Made by a program: the position numbers and the translations under genes
Source: Eledone cirrhosa
Taxonomy: Eukaryota
Direction of reading: 5' to 3'
DNA length: 64,000 bases
NCBI GenBank assembly: GCA_964016885.1
Contig: OZ024754.1
Location: forward strand, 34,224,001-34,288,000
Notes under the pieces: model-generated
The model's database searches: none
The model's input: only the letters and a program-made list of their open reading frames with translations
What the model was told of the DNA's origin: nothing
Shown: piece by piece, positions 25,996 to 39,865 of the stretch
Position numbering within the stretch: the first letter of the stretch is position 1
Layout of the letters: every line of letters begins with the position of its first letter

Positions 25996-27092
25996 TCCTT
26001 TCCTATAATAACAATAACAACAACTATAATAATAATAATAATAATAGTAATAATAATACCAAGAAAAGCTCCAAGTTATGGAAACCAAGATATGTGTGTA
26101 TTGAAGAGGTATTAATGAATGAGTTAACATTTAGATATAGAATACAGTTTGTCACTCTTGGACGTTTTCTGATATTTAGTATGGTCGAGTGGCAAGGAAA
26201 CAAAACATAGAGGAGAGGGACAGACACTGATATAGCGTTCAAGCAGATCAGGTGATGAGGTTTCAGCTATCAACCCACAGCTTAAACTCTTTGATATACT
26301 TGTGTCTTTTTTTAGCATTGTTTTCTTTCTCTCTTTCTCTAATACAATGGCTATGGTTTAACAACAAACCTTACATAAAGGTAACTGTGGGTTTGTATAT
26401 ACAATTGGAGATGCATATACATACATACATACATACATGTATACACACACACACACTCAGGTCATGACACCCCACCCTGACTCTTTCACATGTGTACAAG
26501 TGTACACACGACTATATAAATATTTATGTACAATCATTTTTTTTTTTTTTAGTAGAAACATCAGCTAGCTCCCTTTGCAACTCTCTATCAATTATTATTA
26601 TTATTATTATTATTAATATTATTCATTATTTGGCACTGCTTAAGAAGGAAGAAGTCCACAATGTTGAGGACCCATGGCAGGCAATGTCTTTTTAGAAGGA
26701 CTGTACACATATAAATGGTGGTGTAGAAATTGGGAAAAAAAATGATTGTGTGCCAGGAAGTGAGCACATCAATTTCTTCCATAACAAGGAAAGAGGGGGG
26801 AAAAATACTTTGAAGAAAAGGTTAAAAAAATTTTTTTTTCTTCTTTTTGGAAAAATATATTAACCTGTTAGTGGTTAAGAACTTTTGTTGAAAATGTATT
26901 AAATGAGAACGTTTAAGATTAGTTGTTAAGATATTAACATACATATTACTTTGTTCAACTTCTGCATACAACAGAAAAAAAAATAAATAAAAAAGAAAGA
27001 AGAATGCTAGCAGCAAGAATTGTCGCCATGATGGTTGCTTGAGTTTTGAGGGTGAATAGTTTGTCTTTTTTATTATTAACAGAAACAAAGTT

Positions 27093-27254
27093 TCATTGTT
27101 CCTCCATATCTGTATGATTTGGGTCTTGTAAAACATTCTGTAATGCAACTGGTGTTAGCCACTCCTTGGGTATTGCTTTCTCTAGGAATGGTATACAAGA
27201 ACTCATGTATGCAAGACGATTCACCCAACTGGGAACAGGCTTGCCACATAGAAT
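27093..27254 (-). CDS. DESI2: DESI2 exon 5 (terminal): [53 protein letters not shown]
   Basis: cag acceptor, phase 0, TGA at 27093-27095; strong match to the PPPDE1 C-terminus (ILCGKEIPRWINRLAY...PKEWLTP). Confidence 0.95.
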   Translation of the reverse strand: MLCGKPVPSWVNRLAYMSSCIPFLEKAIPKEWLTPVALQNVLQDPNHTDMEEQ

Positions 27255-27576
27255 CTGAAAATTAGATAAAAAAATGTTAGTGTCTTTCTCAAATAAATGT
27301 TGACTTACTTAGTAAACAAAGACTATTATATACTATAAAGTGTTATAAGGCTGATTTCCCTTGCTAGAGCAGGGGTTAGCCTTGTAGGTTCCCTGTCAAG
27401 CTTAATACATATCATGAGGTCCTATTAAGGAAATATTTTATAGCCGGATGTCTTTCATGGTGCCGAGCTTTTAAGTAGTCTCATACAACATGCAAGGATA
27501 ATAGATTCTATAATTCAGTTTTTGTTTACTATTTTTAGTAGTAAACAAAACAATTTTTATAAGAACCATATGTTAA

Positions 27577-27781
27577 CCCTTTAGCATTCACATTATTTTA
27601 TATGTACTATTATATTTTCATGGTAAAGGCTTTACCTCACATAATTATCTCACATAATATCGAATCTGAGATTTTGAAAGTATTTATTTTGAGAATACCT
27701 TAACATCAGTTTGAGTGACCAGTTACAGCCAGTTTCAACAGAAAGAGGTAGAGAATTCTGGCCGGTTTGAACACTAAAGGG
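27577..27781 (-). mobile_element. piggyBac-type MITE family A nested in an inverted family B copy
   Basis: TTAA on both sides; the flanks rejoin into family B sequence aagaaccatatgTTAAgttaat. Confidence 0.85.
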
Positions 27782-28142
27782 TTAAGTTAATATTTTAGTA
27801 ATGATATAATTAATAATTTTAGTAAAACCCTCAAAATTCTTCATTAATTAATTGAAACAGTGTATTTCATTAGAAATATGGTCAGGAAAGTATCCAGCTC
27901 TACCCAGGTCTTGTTTGGTCTTCTACTGAAATCTCTTGAAACTTCTTCATTCAATGATTGTCATCCATAAGCATCTCATGTCCATATTAGCACAGTTTTT
28001 CTCTTGAACACTACAATCTTATTCTTTTTATACCCAGTAATAAACAGCTTATAATTTAGTCTATAACAATAAATTATAGCATTTAGTATGCCAACTAAGA
28101 TAATCATTATCATCATTTTCTGGATACATATTGTATATAATA

Positions 28143-28358
28143 AAACTTTCTGATTTAGGTACAAGGCCAACAATTTAGGGGGGAGGGGAAGTCAATTATA
28201 TCGACCCAAGTGTATTACTGGTTCATTTTATCAACCCCATGGGGATGAAACGTAAAAATAGCCCCAGCAGGATTTGAACTGAGAACATAAGGGACAGTAA
28301 CTATATGCCACAAAACATTGTCCTGACTCTACTGACTCTGCCAATCCACTGCCCTTAA
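28143..28358 (-). mobile_element. Family-1 SINE
   Basis: Full reverse copy with head, core and tail. Confidence 0.8.
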
Positions 28359-28849
28359 GAAGAGAAAATAATAGAAATAAAAATAAACTGGCTTGTGTTA
28401 TTGTGATGTATTATGGGTTATCATTTTATGCCTGTCTTTCCGATCCAGGCACAGGTAGAATGATGCTCAGAGCTTATCCCATTTTGTGTGCATTAAATAT
28501 TGCAGGGATTAACCCCTAGTTGCCACTGGTACTCATTTTCAGCTAAATGAACTGGAACAATATAGAATGAAGTGTCTTGCGCAAGGACACATGTCACCTA
28601 ATCTGGGAATCGAATCCATGACTGTGTGATTGTGAGCCCAACATGCTCACCACTATGGCACATATCTTCACTGAAGCATTATGATGTATGCAAAAATGTG
28701 TGTGTGTGTGTGTGTGTGTAGTATAATTACACATGAGCGTATTTGTAAATATCAGTTGTCTTATTGTTGCTTAGCCTGAGGCCTGTCCTGTTTGAACAGA
28801 CATATGATTAAGTAGTGTTTCAGTTATAACTAACTATATATTTCAAATA

Positions 28850-29045
28850 AAGGGGTGGATGTGTAATGTTAATGTATGCGAATGATGAAGCACAGACGAA
28901 TTGAGAGAAAAACTGGATATAAGAAGAAGATGTAGTGTTCAAGAGGAAAGACTGTGTTAGTATGGACATGAGATGCTTATGGATGATGACCACTGAATGA
29001 AGAAGTGCCAAGAGATCCCAGTGGAAGACCAAACAAGACCTGGGT
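28850..29045 (+). mobile_element. RTE LINE 3' fragment
   Basis: LREKLDIRRRCSVQEERLC*YGHE; homologous, in inverted orientation, to part of 29430-30000. Confidence 0.65.
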
Positions 29046-29048
29046 AGA

Positions 29049-29407
29049 CCCTTTTCTGACCATATTTCTAGTGAAATACACACTATTTCAATTAATTAAT
29101 GAAGAATTTTGAGAGATCTGCTAAAATTATTATTTCATTACTAAGATATTAACTTAACATATGGTTCTTATAAAAAGTATGTTGGGAGGTTTTAATTTAA
29201 ATAGGAACACTATTTTAATTAATTAATGAAAAATTTTGAGGGTTTTACTAAAATTATTAATTATTTCACAATAAAGATGGTAAATTAACATATAGCTCTT
29301 ATATAAAATTATGTTGGAAGGTTTACATTTAAATAGAAATCCTTTAAATTGGGTTGTTTCATCTCATATAACCAGAGCTTGTTTTGAGCAGGTTGATATC
29401 AAAAGGG
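29049..29407 (+). mobile_element. piggyBac-type MITE family B with internal tandem duplication
   Basis: Ends gatatcaaaaggg|TTAA; the ~128-bp internal segment occurs twice. Confidence 0.75.
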
Positions 29408-29429
29408 TTAAAACACAATTGAACTGGAT

Positions 29430-30000
29430 ATACATGAATCATCACTCTTGCATGGGTTGGATAGATCCTCCTCAGTACAGCCAGCATCTCTCCACTTCGT
29501 GTTCCTTAGTCATCACTTCCATAAGCTTCAGCCATTTGAAATCAGCTCTCATCACTTCCATCAAGGCCTTCATAAATTACGACTTCCTACCACTGGGATT
29601 ATTTGGCACTTCTTCACTCAGCGACCATCATCCATGCACATCACATGTCCATACTAACAGAGTCGCCTTTCCTACACACCACATTTGATTCTTCTTATAC
29701 CTAGTTTCTCTCTCAGTTCAACCATGCTTTGTCATTTTCACTCATTAATATTGCACATCCATTGAAGCATGCTTGCTTCATATCTCTCCAGCCTTCACAC
29801 ACAGCTGACCTTTTTTTTTATAAGGAGAAACTGTTTGTAGTCAACAGAGGTAGCAATACTGTAAACTTCTTCCATCCTGTCCTTATTCTACCTACTAAGT
29901 TTTGGAGCACTCTCCTCTACTGTTAATTATATCACCTAGGTAGCAGAAGCTATCAACCACTTCTATGGATCTTTCCAGGGATTGGAAAATGTTTTGAACA
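29430..30000 (-). mobile_element. RTE LINE 3' fragment
   Basis: Minus-strand EVVDSFCYLGDII and RRLC*YGHVMCMDD RTE motifs. Confidence 0.75.
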
Positions 30001-30115
30001 TGAGTATTGAAACAAGGAACAGCCCCCTCACAAACAAGCTCATTGGTAGAGAACTTGATTTTCTATTTTATTGTGTCAGGGATTATGTAATGAAAAGAAT
30101 TAAAGTAATACATAC

Positions 30116-30257
30116 TTCTGTTAAGATTGAAGAAAAATGGTTGCAATTTTTGGTTAACAAATGGTAATAATCTCCACGGAATTCCTTGCCCATTTCTCGG
30201 ACAATCTTTTGGATATCCATAGGGTTAAAGTCTGTGGTTCCTATCACAATACTTTCT
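30116..30257 (-). CDS. DESI2: DESI2 exon 4: [47 protein letters not shown]
   Basis: cag/gtatg boundaries, 142 nt, phase 2->0; contains the catalytic NCNHF Cys motif. Confidence 0.96.
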
Positions 30258-30480
30258 CTGTGAAAAAGGAAAAAAGAAAGAAAAATAAAAACAAAATAAC
30301 ATGAAATGGATATTATTGAATAACTGTTCAATACTTAGCTCTAATCACTTGCCATCTTCAACTTCTGTGTCAAAGTATTTGTGCATACATCTAAAGGTAC
30401 AATATATACTTGAATATCAGCCGAGGAATTTGTGACTTTGGTAATTGGACTGTGGTCATGTTGGAGCACTATCCTTAAGT

Positions 30481-30910
30481 ATACGGTGGCCTAGAAATGA
30501 TTTTACCTTTCAAAACCTTAATAATCAGAACAATTTGACCAATTGCTAATACTATCTGCCAGTTGTAACTACTGACAGAATTATCAACGCGTTAGTACAA
30601 AAACACTATACGTACATCATTGATCTAGTTACATCATCTGATCATGATTCAAGACATAGGCGATTTCATCAGGTGTGGATTGCAAAATAAGTTAATTGAT
30701 AACAGGATTATGATAAATACGAATAGAGAATAGATTTGATTCGGAGATGGCTCACCAAGTCAGTGTTATAGTAATGGCAAACCATCCCAAAATGTAATTC
30801 ACCGAAAGGCATAAATTGTCCTGTTCTGTTACACCCCAATATGAAAAAACAAAAAAACAAAATGCACAATAACTGCATCACATTAGAAGTTGAAGCCTTT
30901 ACCATGATAC
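30481..30910 (+). mobile_element. Degraded Tc1/mariner-like 5' fragment
   Basis: Starts tacggtggcc (TA-bounded, TIR-like) and continues into a decayed, transposase N-terminus-like stretch. Confidence 0.35.
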
Positions 30911-31245
30911 TTTAAATTTTCACAATGATCTGCCAACTACTAAAACTACTACAAACCTATAAACATTTGATTCAACAAATCTGTTTGGGGGTATTTTCTG
31001 CAAAGGTTTTTAAGAAGTCATTTTTCTACGATGTAAAAATTTGTGAGCTTTTTCCAAGTAGATTGACACATCTGAAGGTGGTGCACCAGCATGTCCATAG
31101 CAATTGTGGTTAAAGCAAACTAAAGAATTTCTGGTCTTCTGAGATAATTTATTTAGATCAAAATTACTGAAACTGGAAATGTAAATATTTACATGGTTAT
31201 CATCTCATCTAGAGAAATTAAAATATTTTGTGTAAAACAACTAAC

Positions 31246-31339
31246 TTGAATTTGAAGTGTTCTCCAAGTTCTTTAGCTTCTCTTGGTTCCATTGAAAATA
31301 TTCCTGATACAGGAAACGGATGGCCACCATATGCATATT
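31246..31339 (-). CDS. DESI2: DESI2 exon 3: [32 protein letters not shown]
   Basis: cag/gttag boundaries, 94 nt, phase 1->2; matches PPPDE1 EFAYGGHPYPFSGIF. Confidence 0.96.
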
Positions 31340-31449
31340 CTGGAAAGAAATGGAAAAACAAAGAAAACATGTTCAATAAGTAATGAAAAAATTTCAAGAG
31401 AGGCATTACAATTCATTCAATTAGAATGCTACTTCATGTTGAAGTAGAC

Positions 31450-32770
31450 ATACATACAATGTATAAAGTGACTAACTGGCAGCTTTCTATCTGCCTAGGT
31501 TGGAGCACAGCGGTATACGTGGAGCTAGTGTGATCCAATTTACCAATCTGTCAACACGTGGCAAGATGCAAGGAAATATGTAGCAATGTTATGGCAACAA
31601 ATTTTGTGTTAAACTTAAGAAAACCAAACAAGAAGCCTATGGAATATTAGAAAAGGCCTAACCCTTTAGCATTCACATTATTTTATATATACAATTATAT
31701 TTTCATGGTAAAGGCTTTACCTCACATAATATCGAATCTATGAGATTTTGAAAGTATTTATTTTGAGAACAATACCTTAACATCAGTTTGAGCAACCAGT
31801 TACAGCCAGTTTCAACAGAAAGAGGTAGAGAATTCTGGCTGATTTTGGCCAGTTTGAACACTAAAGGGTTTTGGGAGTGAATTGATGGGCAAAACAAGTT
31901 TCTACAGATGGTTTAAATGATTTTCTGAAGGAAATGAACAGGTTGAGGATGAATGCAAACCTGGAGTACTGAACAGCGCACGAAAGGAGGAAAACGTTAA
32001 GGTAGTACGAAGGTTAGTGATGCAAAACCATTGAGCTACTGTGAGGATGATATCTGAAGCTGTTGGTATTAGTATTGACACAGTTGAGACAAGTCTGACC
32101 AAAGATCTAGAGCTCCACAAAATGAGTGCCAAGTGCATGCCAGAGATACTCTCCAACAACCAGATTCAGTTTTGTATGGAATGTTCTACTGATATTCTTG
32201 ATATTATAGAAACTCATTCTGGTTTCCGGAATAAAGTAGTGACTTGTGATGAGAGTTGGGTATTCACCTATGACCCTGAGAGCAAACATCAGATACCCCA
32301 GTGGAAGCATGTGTCTTCCCACAAGCCCAAGAAGGCAAAGACAAGCAGGTTGAATGGGTTCCTGAAGACTAAACCATCAATAAGAAATATTACATTGAAA
32401 TTCTGAAAAGGTTCAGGAAAAGTCCACAGCAGTGGAGAATGGTGATTCCACCTGGACAATTCCCTATGGCACATATCAACACCAACCCTTCAGCCCTGAC
32501 CTGACTCCTTGTGACTTCCTCCTGTTTCCACACATGAAAGATAGCCTCAAGGGAATCAAATTTGAGTCAACACAGAAGCTGAAGTAGGCATTGGTGAATT
32601 TCCTGATGAAACTGTATAAGGACTGAGAGAAGGTCTTCCTCCAGGGGTGGGGAAGATGCCCGTGCAAGTGTGTAAATGTGAGAGGAGGTCATTATTTTGA
32701 AGGAGACAAAGTTTTGTAAGCTTATGAAAATAAATAAATAAATAAAGGGAGGTTTCAGGGCACCACTACC
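31450..32770 (+). mobile_element. Mariner transposon, pseudogenised
   Basis: Motifs YRWFK.FSEG.EQVEDE, VVTCDESWVFTYDPESK (first D), HLDN (second D) and PFSPDLTPCDFLLFPHMK (YSPDL); stops and frameshifts present. Confidence 0.9.
31662..31868 (-). mobile_element. piggyBac-type MITE family A inserted in the mariner ORF
   Basis: ccctttagcattcac ... acactaaaggg interrupts the mariner sequence YGILEKA|GE; the TTAA flanks are degenerate. Confidence 0.8.
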
Positions 32771-32863
32771 TCCTCCTCCTCCTCCTCCACAGCAGCGGTG
32801 AGGAGGAGGAGGAGAAGCAGCTGCAGTAGTAGTAGTAGTAGTAGTAGTAAAATGAAGACTTAC

Positions 32864-32936
32864 CAGATCCATAGATTTGAACCCCTGAATGAAATACTCC
32901 TACCCCTAATGAAGAAGTATATTCATTTATCCAATT
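32864..32936 (-). CDS. DESI2: DESI2 exon 2: [24 protein letters not shown]
   Basis: tcag/gtaag boundaries, 73 nt, phase 0->1; contains the catalytic His (FHSG). Confidence 0.96.
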
Positions 32937-33306
32937 CTGAAATGGAAAAATATATTATCCTTATTATCATAATAATTATCATTATTGTTATCATTATTTT
33001 CATCATCATTATCATATCATCATTTTTATCATGATAATTATCAGTATCTGAATTACCATCATCATCATCATTATCTGTATTATCAATATTATCATTATTA
33101 AGGCAGTGAGCTGACAGAATTATTAGACTATGAGTCAAAAAGCTTTACAGTAATTAAAGAAAAAAAAAAAACAGCTGAAGAAAAATAATATTTGCGAGGT
33201 ATTTGTACTTTGAAAATGAGTTTTTATTATGATTAGTAAACTCAAGAAACTGAAGAAGCAACAAAAAACAATGAAACTTCAAACGCCTCATGAGTTGGTG
33301 AGGCAG

Positions 33307-34090
33307 TCATCATCATCATCATCATCACCGTTTTACGTCCATTCTTCCACGCTAGCATGGGTTAGACGGGTTGTCCTGTTGTGGGCAGTGTCTGGTCGGC
33401 TGACCATGCCTTATTCATACAGGAACTGATTCTGGCTTGATTTCTACAGCTGGATGCCCTTCCAAACACAAACCTCATTTACAGTAAGTGCTGGGTGCTT
33501 TTTCGTGGCGCCTACACGTCCACTTTACAGTGTGGGCTGGGTGCTTCTTTGCTGTGGCACCTCCACGGCTACCTTGCGGTGAGGGTGTGGGGGCATATTG
33601 TCTATATGCTTCAGCTTGTACCCATGGGAGGTCGGGTACTCTATTTTTCAGCCTTTGGCATTCAATGAAGTTTTGGTTATCATTGGCAACTCATTTTACT
33701 GAAGTATAAGATGCTGCTGATGAGAGTGCTGTTCCTGTGCCTCAGTCTCACTACCATATGTAGTAATGCCATGAGTGTTAGTGCCATATTAATAGGCATC
33801 CAGTACATTGTAATTGTAGTTGGCATTAGGAAGGGCATCCAGCTGTAGAGACCAAGCCAGAAACAGTTTTGTGAGAATAAGACATGGTCATCTGATTTGA
33901 CTTGTTTCACAATAGGACAACATGCTAGAGTGGAAAATGGACGTTAAATGGTGATGATGATGATTTCCATGCTAACATGGATTGGACACGTGGACAACAG
34001 TGCAAGACTAGAATGATTGAAGAACCACATTGAGCTCATACATTCCATATTTAGAATGATTTCTACAGCTGCATACCCTTACTAATGCCA
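33307..34090. mobile_element. Cluster of RTE-tail SINE/LINE-end copies in both orientations
   Basis: (CAT)n-ttaacgtccatt..ccacgctagcatggg and ctacagctggatgcccttcc motifs occur on both strands. Confidence 0.7.
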
Positions 34091-34102
34091 TTTTTACTTT
34101 AA

Positions 34103-34330
34103 CCCTGCCATTACTAAATTTTTAATAACCCTACCTATAATTTTCAAATAATTTTGAAAATAATGAAGAATTTGTAAAAATTTAGTAATATAAATGACTT
34201 TCTCATTATTAAATCTTGTGTTTGATAAAATCATGATGGAAGGTTTTTAGATAAATATAAACACTTTAAAATAAAGCAGTTTTGTATCATAGAACCAGAG
34301 ACGATTTTTGGCAGTGTAGTATCAAAAGGG
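34103..34330 (+). mobile_element. piggyBac-type MITE family B
   Basis: TTAA|ccctgcc ... gtatcaaaaggg|TTAA. Confidence 0.8.
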
Positions 34331-36169
34331 TTAATGTTAATTAAATATAAGAAATATCTGAACCATAAAAATCTTAGAAAACAGCAAAATCCTTTTCAAC
34401 CAATTTACAATCTACTATGAAGTAATCCTCAGACAAATTCTGTAGACAACTATTGGTAGGAACCTGGCACAGTAAAAATATTAGTTTAGAAATATATGTG
34501 CTGGTCAATTTGTCTTTCATGCATTCAAGATCGATAAAAAAAAAAAGCACCAGTCAAGTGCTGTTATTCACTTCCTTTCTCTCATGCTCTCTATCCGTCC
34601 CTGGAAGAAGTCTGCTGCATTCAGACTTGGAGAAGAGATGGGCTCTGCCAGGTTTTAAAAATGCCCAAGAAATGGTGTATGCCACTACGAGACCCCTACG
34701 ATTCCATCAGGAGTTATGGGACCATACCATACCATGACATGGTATAAAGGCTTCATTCATTGACTGGGCAGCATTTCACTTCTAAAGTTAAACCTATGTA
34801 ACATGATAGTATTTCTCATTAAAATTCTGTGATAATAGAGAAAAAAGTGAAATACAATGAACTGAAATTTACAGTTCACACCTACATAGATTTAGCTGGC
34901 TTCATAAAAGGTTGTATCCTATAGGAGGCTTCTTGGGTACTTTAATGATAAGGGGGCCCAGACCTATCACAAAAAGCAATGTGAAATACAGTGTCTTGCT
35001 GAAGAATACAACACACTGCTCAGTTCAGGAATTGAACCCACAACCTTACGATTGTGATCCTAACATCTTAACCACTAGGCCACATACCTATCATAGGTGT
35101 AAAAAAAAGTATGTTCTAAATATTCCATAAATGTGTAACAGTTTTTGCCACATGAATGCAGGTTTTGTCCCTCACCTGTCAACTGTCTCCCTCTGGTGTA
35201 TGAATATAAATGCAAATAAAACAAAAACAATCATGTAATATTGATGATAAATGTGATAGCAGTGGTGGTGATGGTGGTGATAGTAGTGACAGTGTAGTTG
35301 CTAAGAAACAATCAGAATATGTCCCCCGCCGTAACATGCCACCTTCCCAACAATCACTGGGGTTTCTTCACAATCAAATGAACATAATCTTTTCATTCTA
35401 AGGAACCCAGTGGTTTGCTGTGTGAACCAAACCACAGAATGAGAAAATGGTTTCACCAGTAAGAAAGACTAATTGAATTTGTCAGTGAATGAATGAGTGT
35501 CTGAGCTAGGTACTGAACAGGTGAGAGTGTGGGTCTTGAGTATGGAGGGAGTAAACTGAAGAGAGAGAGGGGGAGGGGGAGAAAGATGAGAGAGAGGGTG
35601 GGAGAGAGAGAAAGATAATATCTGTGTGTATATGAGTGTGTAATGAGCTATTTTTATGGCATCAAGGCCGCCCATGACAGACATAATAATCACTGTGACA
35701 TAACAGTCTAGTTGGTTGATAAGTTAAAGGCTGGCATACTAAATGACATTCAATAAGAGTTTTAAGGACATTTATCCTACTAAAACTGGGGTTAGTCTTG
35801 CCAGGCAGGCCAGAGATCTGTGTCTCACTTATGTAAGGTCGATGCACCACTGAGTGTACAGGAGAAGTTGTCATGTCTTTGACACAACTGAGCGTCCTTC
35901 CAGCCCTTTACTGCATATGATCTTGAAAATAGTAAAGAATTTGGAGAAATTCAATAATAGAAGTTTCTCATTAAGCTGGTGCATGGAGCAAAACTTAAAG
36001 GTTTTCGCATAAAATTATGATAGAAGGTTCTTAGATAACAGGCGAAAATAGATGTTAAATGATGATGACAATGATAAATACTTTGAAACAGTTTTGTATC
36101 AGAGAATCAGGGTCAGTTTCAAGTGGTTTGGTATCATAATATTGTTAAGAAAAACAACAATAATAAAAA

Positions 36170-36376
36170 TATTGGTTTCTGATTTAGGAACAAGGCCAAT
36201 AATTGGGGAGGGGAAAGTCGATTAAATCGACCCCAGTGCATTACTGGTACCTTATTTTATCGACCCCATAAGGATGAAAGGCAAAGTTAACCTCGACAGG
36301 ATTTGAACTCAGACTGTAAAGGGGCGCAACTCTATGCTGTAAAGCATGGTGTCTGACCCTCTCTTATACCGCCAAT
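36170..36376 (-). mobile_element. Family-1 SINE
   Basis: Reverse copy highly similar to 17028-17225. Confidence 0.85.
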
Positions 36377-37121
36377 AATAATAATAATATTGCATGCTTG
36401 ACTACAATATTGATAATGATAATAATATTGCATGCTTGACTACAACAAGCTGGAACAAGTTCAGTTGCTAGCCTAAGGGCAAAAGAGCAGAAGAGTCAAC
36501 CATTAAAAATAGATTTTTATCTTCACTGCGAGAGAGTGCAAATAAAAGAGGGACAGATAAGTACAGAATCATAGTATTGTGATATTTATTTAGAAACAGC
36601 TGGACACTATTCCAATAAGTAGGAGGTGAGCTATCTTTTAAGAGCAAATAAAATTTGTGCTTCAGATAAAAAGTCAAAACCATTTATTTTGTTTTTATGC
36701 TCTGTATAATGGTGCTGGTGTATAATGGAGCCAGTGTCTGTCTAACTGCTTCAGTTGGTTTGGTTGGGAGTTTCTTCTATAGCAGGTGTTTATGTATCAA
36801 ATAGATTGGAGATGGTCATTAACACATGGCTACTGTTAATTGAGCTGTTGCTGCTATTCCTACAATCACCACTGCTACTGCTACAACCACCACCACCACC
36901 ACCACTACTAATACTGCTACTATTACTACAACCACCACCACTAACAGCAACACTACTGCTAGTTTTTGCAGCAGAAGGAGCAACGTGAAATAAAGTGTCA
37001 TGCTCAAGGACATAACACACCACCCAATCTGAGAATCGAACTCACAACCTCATGATTGTGAATACCATATAGTACCATAGAACCAGAGCAGTTTCAGGTA
37101 GTTTGCTATCAAAAGGGTTAA

Positions 37122-37339
37122 CCCTTTAGCATTTAAACCGGCCATATCCGGCCGGAATTCACTCACCTTTTTGTTCAAACCAACTATAACTGACCACTCA
37201 TACTGATGTTAAGGTATTGTTCTCAAAATAAATAATATCAAAATCTCAACGATTCGATACTATGTGAGATATTATGTAAGAAAAAGCCTTTACAGCAAAA
37301 ATACAATAGTATATATAGAGTAATATGAATACTAAAGGG
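37122..37339 (+). mobile_element. piggyBac-type MITE family A abutting a family B end
   Basis: ...tatcaaaaggg|TTAA|ccctttagc ... actaaaggg|TTAA. Confidence 0.85.
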
Positions 37340-39584
37340 TTAATGTGGTGGTGGTGGTAGTAGTAGTAGTACCAGCAGCTAATCATTAACTTTATAGAAG
37401 TCTGTTTAAAACAGCCCTACCACTCAGGTAATTATTATCTTTATCTTTAAGCCGTCTCCCATGGTCAATAATTTCCAGGAAAATCACACTACACAACATG
37501 CCAGCTGTCAAAATTACAAATCTAATTTTTTTTTAAATTCAAATTTCAACTTTTTACAAAACCACAAATCCATATAAATAATTTAATTAATCGTCCTTTA
37601 AGGATTTATCAGAAAATATTTAAAAGATGGTGAAAGAACCAGTCCCCTTCAAGAGATTTGTTCTTACAGATGGCTACCTCTATCTTGATCAAACTAAATA
37701 GAGAGGTGGTTCAGAGGTCTAGGATATCAAATGTTTCCACAGCTATCTAAAAACTTTCTATCATAATTCCATGTGAAAACCTTTGCTCCATGTGAAATGC
37801 TCCATGCACCAGCTTAATGAGAAAGTTCTATTACTGAATTTCTCTAAACTCTTCACTATTTTCAAGATCATTTAACAAGAAACCTATAGAAGAACAACAG
37901 ATACTTTGTCAGCTTGCAATCCTTGACCTGTTGAGTGGACAAGGCCTGGACCTAATGCTGATTTAACCTGGCTGTCATATTATAAATAAGATATGATAGT
38001 ACCAGGGCCTCTATCAATAAAACAACCAAGGAACTTCCTATGAAATGTAGGTTGATAGGAGACCAACTAAACCTACATAGGTGTGATTTGTAACATTTAC
38101 ATTTGTTTTTCTCCCGGTTGCTGTTGAAGAAAGTACTATTGTAAGTTATATCCCAGATCAGAGGCTTGAAAACTAATAAGCACTTGGGTCATTATGATCA
38201 ACCAAATCAGGGTGGTACCCCAGCATGACCACAGTCTAATGACTGAAGCCAGTAAAAGAGTAAATAAAGAAACTGATAAAGTTTTCCATCGATTATTTCA
38301 TTCAATAGCTGATAATTTCATTGTTTACACTCTCGATATTTATAAGTACTGGGCCAGGATACATAAAAAAACGAAACAAATATCACTTCAAGAATTAAAG
38401 CCCAACTGAACTGTGGGAAGAAAAAAAAAATGAAAATGAAAGAAGGATCAAGCAATGAAAGAAAGGGTGAGTCACTACACCCCAGTCTGAGCCGTGGCAC
38501 AGCCATGCTTCATGGACAAAACTGTTACTGTGAAGAATGGCCAGAGACACCCACTGCAAAAGCCACCTTACAGGGTTCCCTCCTCAAGTGGGCCACTGTC
38601 TTTTGATTTTACAGAGGAAATCAGCAGTGTAAGGACCAAGGACGCCAGAGGTCTCAACAGCGACTGGTACAAAGAGGTCGGTCAAGCTTTGATATTAGAT
38701 ATCTTCCTCTCCTATGTGGAAATGTGGGGACCATTGACACCAGATGCCTCGATGGATCAGTACAAAGAAGGAAGCGGCGGTCGGTCAGGCCTCAATATTT
38801 GACTATCTTCCTCTCCTCTGCAATGTGGGCAGTGGAACCTAGGTTTATGGTTGAAATGACAAAGTTGGAGGTGAAGAACAAGTCGCTGCACGTTGTGTCC
38901 AAATTAGGGATTTATCCCCCTCAAAAAAGAAGAGGATTAGGGTCAATCCTTTGGGATGCTTGCCAAAATTCTAAATGAAATAAAAACTAAAAACTACCCT
39001 GTTTAGATATCAGGCTTTTGACATTATTATATTTCATTAGTCTGACTTCAAATCCCACCAAGGTTAACTTTGCCTTTCATCCTTACGAGGTCGATAAAAT
39101 AAAGTACCAGTAATGCACTGGGGAAATTGCTGGCCTTGTGCCAAAAGTAGAAACAATTATTATATTTCATTAGTTTTGTTATTTCTTCCTTTCATTTCTT
39201 CATTTCATTTTATTTTAATTAACTCAATTCAGTTATTAATATTAAATGCTTCATCCCAGTGAAACATAAGAATTTCTTAGATGGAATATTTTAAATTCTA
39301 TTGGTGTGTGTGTGTGTTGCTGTGCATGTTGTTCTATGTGTTTGTTGTTGCTGTGTGCATGTGTGTTTGTTGCTGTGTGTTTATGTGTTTGAAATTGGTT
39401 AAGTGTGTGTGTGTGTGTGTGTTGCTATGTGTATCCATTCTATTCTTTCTTTTACCATTATAAAATAGTGCTTAAATAGGTCACATTGTTACACACACAT
39501 ATACACACAATAGTATCATATACTATATACACACACACACATTCTAACATTACCATCATACACTACACACACACATACATACAT

Positions 39585-39865
39585 ACACTACCAGAATCAA
39601 CACACACGCACATACACTACCAGAATCAACACATACACACACATATACACTACCAGAATCAACACACACGCACATACACTACCAGAATCAACACACACGC
39701 ACATACACTACCAGAATCAACACATGCACACACATATACACTACCAGAATCAACACACACACACATACATACACTACTAGAATCAACACACACACACTAC
39801 CAGAATCAACACACACACACACATACACTACCAGAATCAACACACACACACTACCAGAATCAACA
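39585..39865. repeat. Variable-length minisatellite (CA)n-ctaccagaatcaa, ~10 units
   Basis: Repeated ctaccagaatcaacacac separated by CA runs. Confidence 0.9.

Noticed and set aside
38410-38980. GC-richer stretch with several short ORFs
   Set aside because: Probably a decayed retroelement, but I could not assign a motif or family.
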